Assembly (NCBI GenBank): GCA_051294375.1 | Contig: CM119264.1 | Location: 8,191,051-8,255,050, forward strand | From: Paraspadella gotoi | Taxonomy: Eukaryota > Animalia > Chaetognatha | Direction of reading: 5' to 3' | Length of the DNA: 64,000 nt | Shown here: piece by piece, positions 55,447 through 64,000 of the stretch | Numbering within the stretch: the first letter of the stretch is position 1 | Layout of the letters: each line of letters starts with the position of its first letter | Made by a program: the position numbers and the translations under genes | Notes under the pieces: model-generated | The model's database searches: none | Seen by the model: only the letters and a program-made list of their open reading frames with translations | What the model was told of the DNA's origin: nothing

Positions 55447-58035
55447 CTCCTGTGCCGCCAACTGAGCTTCGTCTGGAAACGACTGCCGCAAAAGGAAAGG
55501 CGAGTCGCCTGCCGCAGATTTGGCGAACGTCCCTGCGGCTGCGTCGATCGGTTTTTCTCCTGCTGCCGCTGATTCGATCGGCCATTTGCGGAGGTTCGAT
55601 GCACGAGCGTTGAATGACTTCGATTTAATGACTTTTCTGGTAAATAATCTCTGAGTGAAATATATTTTCGGAAAGGTCTTTTGGAACATTGTCGCATCAG
55701 GGATTGATGGTTTGATTGATAAATGCTGCGGCTCGAATTGCGGCTTGAATTTTGATTGGGCCTTTGATCCGACAACCGGTGATCCGGCTGCCGTTGATCC
55801 GGCAGCCGTTGATCCGGCTGCCGTTGATCCGGCAGCCGCCCTCCCGCCGGAGTTCGCCGCTCGCTTCTCTGTCGGTGACGAAAGGAAAGTCGTTCGATTT
55901 CGAATTTGTGATCGCGTGAAACGAAATCGGAAGTGAAAGACGCGCGGGTGGATGGGGTGTGTCGGGGGTGGGGTAAAGAAGGGGCGTGACGAAGTTGGGA
56001 TGAAGAAGGGGTCCGTCGAAGATGGGGTGAGGAAGAGGCCCGGGTTAGGGTGGAGGAGGAGAAGGGAGAGGCGGAAGAAAAAGCAACGGATGGATTTGCG
56101 GACGAAGTGTTGGGCGGTTGTGCGGATGAAGAGGTGGAGTGGTTGTCGGGCTTCGAGATTCCATCGACGGCGTCGCTAGCGTCGGCCTCGTTTTCGTTTT
56201 CGTCTTTATCTTTCGCGTTTCTCGCGGATGTTTCAGATTTCGAAGTCACGACCCCTGACCCGTTGTTGTCGTTATTGTTTTGTTTGTCGTCCTTGTTCTT
56301 GCAGGTCTGGGTTAACTCTGTCTTACGTTCGTTGGGGCAGCTTTTATTGATATGGTTATTGCTGTGATTGTAGTCGTAAATGGCGTTGATTTTCTTGTTT
56401 TGGTTTTTGTTGTTGTTATTTCTGACTCGCGTGAAAACGCCCAAACACAATTCCCCGTCAGGAGTCCATTGAAGAGAGTAAGGCATGTAAAGCATGTCGT
56501 TGTCGTTCTCTCTCCCCCCGCCTCCTCCTCCTCCTCCTCCTCCTCCTCCTCCTCCTTTATCCCTCGTATTCCTTGGCAGGTAAACGTCGTTTGGCTGCTT
56601 TTCTTCTTCGGTTTCCCTCTTTCGTGACGCCATAGTTCTTTCGGTCGTCGTCGTCGTCGTCGTCGTCCTCCCCGTTTCGCCGGCCGGAAATGGAGTCGGT
56701 CTCCACCGACGCCGCCTCCCGGGCGTCCATTCCATTTCCGGCGTCACGCCCCCGGCGCGACGCGGCGCCGCCCGATCCAACTTGGTCGCCACGCCCACCT
56801 TCTTTTTCGACGTTTCCAAGTCGGCGGCGGCGGCGGCGACAGCGGCGTCGTCTCGATTTCGGGTCGCGCCCTCGGGCGTCTCTGCGCGCTCTTCCGTCGA
56901 CCCGGCGCCCTTTCGTGACCCGGCGTTCCTTTTCGGTTCGACGCGATCTTGCGACGAAGCGACGCCGCCTTCTCCGCCTCGTATTTTTTCGGCGCCGCGA
57001 ATGAGCGCCGTCGCAGTGGAAATGGGCGGCGCCGTGGGAGGCGCTCCGCCGAAAAAGTGTGACGCGGCTGGATTTTGAAACGGCGTCGTCGCGATGGACG
57101 AGACGGGATAATCGCCATCGTAGGCCAAGAGAGGAAACGCCGATGGAAACGTCAGCGCAAAAGGAGTGAGAGCGTTGGCATCCACCAACGGCGGGGCGGC
57201 GTCAAAGGGCGCGCACGCTGTCATCGGCGCCACCGTCGCCAGCGGCTTTAACTGCGTCAACGACGACGACAACGAAGACGAAATGGCATCCTTTTTGTCT
57301 CCTCTCACAGGCGTCGTCGTCGTCGTTGTCGTCGTCGTCGTCGTCGTCAACGCAACGTGCGTTTCCCCACCCGTCCAAGCCGCTCCGGTAGCCATGGAAA
57401 CAAAGGACGCCGAAGCAGCCGCCGACGCCGCCGACGCGGTCGTTGCCAAGAAACCGTCGGGAGAAATATGGGCGTGGCCGAACGACGCAGAGGGGAAAGC
57501 GGAAGCGACGGGCGCGAGAGGAAAGCGGGGGGGAGGGAGGAAGAGGTGAGGAGAGTTAGGGTGGGGGAGGGGAAGTGGGAGAGGGTGGCTGGGTGGAGGG
57601 GGTCTCAATGGGTAAGGAAGAGGTTGAGCCGGCTGAGGAAGAAGTTGAGAGGAGAAACTCAGATTAGGAATGGGAAGTTGAGGGAGTAAAGTCGAGTTGA
57701 GTTGAGCGTCCGGGAAACTGGAATGAGCGAAATAGTTTAGTTGAGAACCGGGAAGTTGAGACGGAGGAAGATGAGGAGAACAAGGGGTTTGAGGGGGTGG
57801 AAGATGAGGAGAACAAAGGAGTTGAGGTCCGCGGGAACCGGCGATCGACGACGCGCGCGGTGCGTGAAACGTCGGGGGAGACGGCGTCAAAAAAACAGGA
57901 GGAAAAGAATCCGTGGCTAAGGAAGGGGGCGTCACTGTGGCGGGCGACGACGACGACGACGACGACAGGGAAAAATCGATTTGTTGTCCGTAAAAGTTGG
58001 AGGAAACGGAGACGGCGGCGGCGGAGGCGGAAGGA

Positions 58036-58067
<32 letters not shown>

Positions 58068-58133
58068 CGAGGAGGCGGCGGCGGAGATCATAGCTTTCGT
58101 CGTTTCTCGGGTCGTTTCGTCGGTTGTTTCCAT
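55447..58133 (-). CDS. Large (~2.7 kb) coding exon of an unknown low-complexity, probably disordered protein (Ala/Ser/Pro/Thr/Gly/Asn tracts, SPHLPP and DQR[QL]P repeats)
   Basis: Uninterrupted ~895-codon frame (track ORF 55443-58145). First ATG at 58133 with an in-frame stop upstream. Ends at a consensus donor AG|GTAAGT (55447/55446) just before the apparent stop. No recognisable folded domain. Confidence 0.7.
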
Positions 58134-58987
58134 TTTCTTGGCCAAGATGGCGCAGCGGGGTTGAGGGTCATTTCTTTCTTTCTTTCTTTATTTATTTATT
58201 TTTATTTGAGGTGGGGGCTGAAGGGTCGGATGATGAAGCGAAAGTCAAAAGCTGAAAGTCGGAAATGAACTGAATGAGAAGGTTTTTGATTGGTTGATCT
58301 ATCGTCGTGATTGTGATATGTGAATCGTGACACGTGGAGCGAAACTGACGCGGATTATGTTCTTCTTTTTTTTTTTGGTTTGAGTTAATTTTCCGTCGCG
58401 CGGAACGAAGAAGAAAGACTTTTTGGGTTCAGCTGCGAAACAAAGAGACAAGTTAAAAGTGAGAGTCAAAAGTGAGATGACGAGAACGGCGGAGAAAAGT
58501 GAGAAAAAAAAGAAAAGAAAAGAAAAAGAAAAAGTCGGAAAATAGAAAATAAGTTTTTTCCCCTGAAGGAAAAAAAAATTGACTCGCGATAAAAAAAAAG
58601 AAAAAAAAAAGAAAGAAGAAAAGTATAACGAAAAATCTCAGCCGTGACGTTGATGACGACGACGATAATAAGGACGATTAATACATACGACGACGACGAT
58701 ACTTTTGACGTTGGAATTATTAATGATAAACTGAACGAGGACAAAAACCAACAAAACCGTAGTCACTAATGGAATGAAAAATCTAAGTTTAATGAATGCG
58801 TTCACGCAAACTGCGGCCACCTTAATTACTCGAAATGGTTTAGTAAAAAACACCAAGGCGTTTAAAATGGATCGAAATGGAACGACGGCATCTAAATGGA
58901 TCGAAATGATTCAAATGGAAAGAATGCATCTAAATGGATTTAGCGACCTCGCACCATTCGTCTTCCCCTCGACGCTTCATTTCCGGT

Positions 58988-59021
<34 letters not shown>

Positions 59022-60342
59022 NNNNNNNNNNNNNNNNNNNNNNNNNNNNNNNNNNNNNNNNNNNNNNNNNNNNNNNNNNNNNNNNNNNNNNNNNNNNNNN
59101 NNNNNNNNNNNNNNNNNNNNNNNNNNNNNNNNNNNNNNNNNNNNNNNNNNNNNNNNNNNNNNNNNNNNNNNNNNNNNNNNNNNNNNNNNNNNNNNNNNNN
59201 NNNNNNNNNNNNNNNNNNNNNNNNNNNNNNNNNNNNCCGTTGTTGTGGTTGACGTCATCGTGGCGCGGGTTCCATTGTTGGTGCCAAACGTCTGTTGCGG
59301 CTGTTTTCGTCTCGCAAATCTCGTGTTTTTCAGGTTTAATGGACTCCTGCTTCTCTCGCGTCTCTCGCAGGCGCCCGCGTCACGATCGTTATCCTCGTCG
59401 TTTTCGTCGTCGTCGTCGTCGTCGTCGTCATCGTTAAAGTCTCCTTGGTAGTTTTTATTTTCTATGTTATGATTTTTCGTCGTCCCGATGACGGACGAAA
59501 AATATAAACGTGATTTTTTTCCTTTTTTTGGGCGATTTTACAGTTTTATTGGTTGAACCCATAATGATCTAAATAGGGAACGTCCGGCGTAATCTTCATT
59601 GTCATGACAGATAATCCTGTTTCTTAAGAAGCAGGAATTAGAGACTTCGTTAGATACGAAAATCGGTCACTACTAATGAGATACACGTTTCTCTTTCTCT
59701 CTGCGCTCTCCGACGTCGCTTACCCNNNNNNNNNNNNNNNNNNNNNNNNNACCGTGCGATTTGCGTCGATCGACAACAAGTGACTACGGAAAAAGACGAC
59801 AAAATCTACAAAATCCTCGTCTCTCTTCTCCGTATCTCTCTCGTCTCTCTCGTCCTCTCTCTCCTCGCTCTCTCTCTCTCAATCTCTCTCTCTCTTCTCT
59901 TCTTCCATGATGCTCGATGCCTTAGCCCAGATTGAGGTGAAGACCACGTCGCAGATTTGGGCCAGAGACGCTCACAAGCGTGAATGCGCGTTGTGCGCGC
60001 TCTACTGTTTATGTCTCGGTCTTCACCACGGGAAATAAAAAGGGTAAGCGACGTAGGAGACGGCGGAGAGACAAGAGAAACGTGTATGCGTCATTAGTAG
60101 TTTGACCGGATTTATCGATATCTCAACGGAAGTGCTCTATTCCTCAGCTTCTCTTAAGAAACAGGATTACTCTGTCATGGAACAATGGAAGATACAACAA
60201 TCGCGGTCACAACGAATCGAGTTTGTGGTCATCATCAGGGGTAATATCGGAGACTCCCTATTAAACATTATTTGTAGTCATGGTAACCATTCTTAGAGAG
60301 CATTTTTTTTATCATAATTTTAGATGATGGTGAAGGCAGACA

Positions 60343-60374
<32 letters not shown>

Positions 60375-60629
60375 TGTTTTTGTCTACGACGCTCATTACT
60401 ATTTCTGTTAAAAATTCCCTTTGTTTGTTCGGAACTAATGTTTGTTTTGGGTCGTAAAATGTAACCTTTGCGTTGTTTATGTCAAATGTTGTGGGTTTGA
60501 TTTGCGCCATTGGTTTTTGTTGTCTCCGCGCGTCGCTCTTTTGTTTTTCATTCCTTTTTTTTTATCTTTTTGTTTTTGTAGATAAAAAAAAAGATGGTTT
60601 TGCTTTTGACGATTTCGCTGATGTGGTTT

Positions 60630-60672
<43 letters not shown>

Positions 60673-61019
60673 AGAAGGCAACCAAGGAAACGCCGATGAA
60701 AACAAGAAAGAAAGGCCGGAAAAACGAAATGAAGCCATTTTAGGATAACAAGTAAAAGAAAACACACATACACAANNNNNNNNNNNNNNNNNNNNNNNNN
60801 AGGAGAAGATACATAAGCACGACAACAGAGGCGAAGGAGTCTCGAAAGTGAGATTCTTGATTATGATGATGATGTCGTCGTCGTCGTCGTCGGTCGTTGT
60901 CGGTCGTCGTCGTCGTCGTAGTCTTCAATCGGTCATCTTCGTTTCATTGCCACCGACCCGCATTTTTTTATAACGTCAGCAATTTATAAAATAGGTCGCC
61001 TGCAGATTCGAAAAGTTGC

Positions 61020-61310
61020 GTTTGTGGCGGTATATTCAAGCTACCGCCGTCACGTCGCAACCAGTCCTTCAGCCAAATCCATTGCTCAGAGGGGGAACAC
61101 ACCATCCCAAGCGATAGTGTTCCATCGAGCAGGCAGTCCTAAAACGACTTCCCTCTGCGTAGTGGCAAAAGCGAGACAGCGATCCTAGGGTAACGGCCGG
61201 CGCGGCAGTGACTGGAGGCGCGTCAATGAGGGTTCGGAAGCCGCCCGAAGCCAACAGTGAGATGCCTCCATTCCAATGGGCATCAACAGCAACCCGGCTG
61301 TTGCCATACG
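61020..61310 (+). ncRNA. Candidate structured RNA or structured retrotransposon leader, family unassigned
   Basis: GC-rich island with at least six stems: GGCGGTA/TACCGCC, CCATTGC-CAGAGGG/CCCTCTG-GTAGTGG, GGAACAC/GTGTTCC, AGTC/GACT, TTCGG/CCGAA, GATGCC/GGCATC, CAACAGC/GCTGTTG. The non-Watson-Crick pairs are G-U wobbles on the + strand. Confidence 0.45.
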
Positions 61311-61671
61311 TTATTGAAATATTATTTATATTAACATTATTTAAATTCATTCTTTACCAATATGCAGGAATTTTTATTTTTATACGTATCTACTATAGAT
61401 AAGATGAATGATGGAATCGCAAAAGATTTTATTGATAACCCAAGAGGATATACCTGCTTTCGATGGCTTAATAACTGAAAATCGCTCCTTTTTTGGCAAG
61501 TCATGCGGTTACAGAATTCTCAGACATTCGGTCCATCCCCGTCTATTATGATGAGCTTTATGGGGAGGCCAGAAGCATCATCGACGTGGATTTACAGCAT
61601 AATGACGCTTTTTTTCATGATTTCGTCGGTCAAGAGTTTGACGGAAGTCCGTTACTTTACTTCGCGCGTGG

Positions 61672-61721
<50 letters not shown>

Positions 61722-61804
61722 GAGAGAAGAGAGAGAGAGAGAGAGAAGAGGAGAGAGAGCAGAGAGAGAGAAGAACAGTAGAGAGAGAGAGAGAGAGAGA
61801 GGAA

Positions 61805-61849
<45 letters not shown>

Positions 61850-64000
61850 GAGAAGAGAGAGAGAATGTTCGAAATTTTATAGATGGGTTATCTTTACCTT
61901 TTAATTTTCACAATTTCCCAATGCAATGAAAGTGAAATTAAATTCATTCACTGTCAGTATGTTAGACAGTCAAATAACTTGTGTATTTTTCTTTGTTTTG
62001 ATTGTCTATCGGCCCTTTTATAATTATTATAGTTTTTTAGTTTCGGCACATTGGTCCTCCACTTTATTGTCTCTTTATCTTTCTTCCTTCTTCTTCTCTT
62101 CCTCCTTTTATTATTTTTTCCATTCCCTTCCAGTTTCTTTCCTTCTTCGCTTCTTTCTTCCCTTCCATTCCAGCCATTTATCTCCCGCGCCCAAATTTCC
62201 GTCTCTTCCACAACGCACCCCCCGCCAGCCTCTAACACCTCCCCCCCCACCCGCCCGGGTTCGTGCGACCAAGCGGATGAGTGAGAGCGACTCTAGTGAA
62301 TGTTCCATCGCAAACAAAAAATGCGGATTGTCTGCCTGCGCGGACAGTGCGACGTTCACATTCGGCCCCGAAAGACTCGACGAAAAAGGATTTCGCCAAC
62401 AATTCTCTAAATGAGGATTTCGAAGAAAAAAAACCAAATTCAAGCAAAAGGAGTAATCCACGCTGAGTGGAAGATTCCACGAACAGGACGCCAGTGTTTG
62501 AAGTTTGGCGGGTAGCCCATCGTGAAAGACGCGTTCGGCAGATCCAAAGTATACCAAGGTGCAAATAAGGACAAACTTCTGTTCAAACGCGAGACATCTC
62601 AAAACTCTTTTCAACAACCACAAGAGGCTTGAAAGATATACTTAAGGTTAACGTAGAAACGGCGACTACGAACTCAGAACTTAATTTTAATTAGGGTAAT
62701 TATGTAAATATCGTGGATAACTCCTAACATACCACTTGCAAACATATTTATTGGAATTCAAGCAACTTTTTTAATCAAGGAACTATTGCTTTTTGAAATG
62801 AAACTTTTTTTTTCAAATTTTTTATCGCTGTCTGCCTTTTTTTTTCTTTTTTTAGTTTTCTTTCTTTTTTCATTAATTTTATTAAAGCGAACTGAAGCAG
62901 AGAAACCGGACGAACCAGGAAAATTTGAAACAAAAAACGAAAGATTTTGTTCACAGATGGCTGAGGCGGATTGAGTGCGTCGTTGCTTTGACGTCGGTAA
63001 ACGTAAGCCTTGCGTCGCTGGTCGGCTTTAAATACAAAATAAAACAGTAATCAAAATGTGGAAAATGTATTGTAACGGACCTTTCATAGAAGAAGCGTTG
63101 AGAAAGATGACATGACCCCGAGGAAAGGGTAACAGACGAGCGACGACGTCGACGAAAACCGGCGGAAACAATCAAGAGCAACTAAATTGCGGTTCCTTTA
63201 ATTCGTTGTGTGATCTGATTGAAGCCATGTCTGTCGTTGTCTTGCAAAAAGCTATCGTTCGTGTCGTTTGTCGCCGAAATGTTCACTTCGACATTCAACC
63301 TAAAAGGATTGTATGTTTCGTTTAGGTTTATATATTATGTTTATGATTCGCCTAGCACATATAACCTAGCGCGAGAAACACTTCCAAAACTAAATACTCT
63401 TCAAGCATTGTATTTACCGGTTTAACGGAAAAGACCGATCATCAATCGCAATACGATAAATCTCTCAACGGTTTTAGGTTTTCTGGCTCTGTCGTTGCTT
63501 GTTCCGGTGAGCATTTTACTGATTCAACTTTCCATCCCTTTCCTTCCCCCAGAGAGTTATGTCACCTCCGCTGATGGCGGCGTCGTCGTGCGTGCGTCGT
63601 CGTCTGTTATGCGTCGTTCGAACAAACGGCCATCCCATTGTGAAGAACGGCGCGTCGATCCCTCGTCGATCGTCGGCGGTCTGCACAGTGCGGTCGGCGT
63701 GAGGGCGCGCCGATTTGTCGCGAAACAGAAAAAAATGGAAAACTTTTCGGGCTCTTCTTTCTATCTTGTTGCGTCTTTTTTCGTTCTCGTCGTTCGCGTC
63801 AGATGGAAAGCGCCGTCAACGCCTCAGATTTTTTTTTTTTGTGAACTGCGTTCTTATTGCGTAGTTTCGAAGGGCTTCAACTGTCACATTCACAATATTA
63901 GTCATAATAACGGTCATGGTAAAAGAGTGAAAAGTTCGCAATGCTGAACTTTCGTAATTGTCTTATATCGCTTAAAGACGCTTCATCGATCTGCACATTG

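Larger units (their letters stand above)
34330..60240. repeat. One ~9.5-kb locus represented several times in alternating orientation
   Basis: Forward 34330-34817; reverse 34843-44449; forward 44450-48237; reverse 48263-50080; short forward 50080-50200; forward 50200-59725; short reverse 60042-60240. Anchored by shared unique strings: the Tc1 element, GGATCCGACATCCCTGGATACGG and the 2.7-kb exon. Confidence 0.9.

Noticed and set aside
61085-61125. Twister ribozyme (TCCCAAGC and GAGGG words)
   Set aside because: The conserved UAA cleavage-site segment is missing, and the element order fits none of the P1/P3/P5 permutations.

Overview
Eukaryotic, probably invertebrate animal, draft-genome window: AT-rich, full of (AG)n, (GAC)n, (TTTC)n and (TAT)n microsatellites, with spliceosomal GT-AG introns. 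Most short ORFs in the track are microsatellite read-through. About half the window is redundant. There is a ~3.3-kb-arm palindrome (5.3-12.0 kb), and a ~9.5-kb locus appears in alternating orientations between 34.3 and 60.2 kb. The copies differ mainly by scattered indels, and many junctions sit at gaps of exactly 25 N, which points to raw long-read gap-fill artefacts rather than biology. Best-supported biology: (1) a hand-spliced 4-exon, 149-aa divergent Roadblock/LC7 (dynein light chain-like) gene at 24374-26439 (-), which the ORF track misses; (2) a 2.7-kb low-complexity exon at 55447-58133 (-) ending on a splice donor; (3) a 602-bp internally deleted Tc1/mariner element with ~30-bp TIRs and a TA TSD; (4) a 2.2-kb hAT-like element with a 7-8-bp TSD; (5) a ~290-nt GC-rich, densely base-paired island at ~61.02-61.31 kb that looks like an unassigned structured RNA. 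I found no convincing novel multi-gene system; the RNA island and the divergent Roadblock gene are the best leads.
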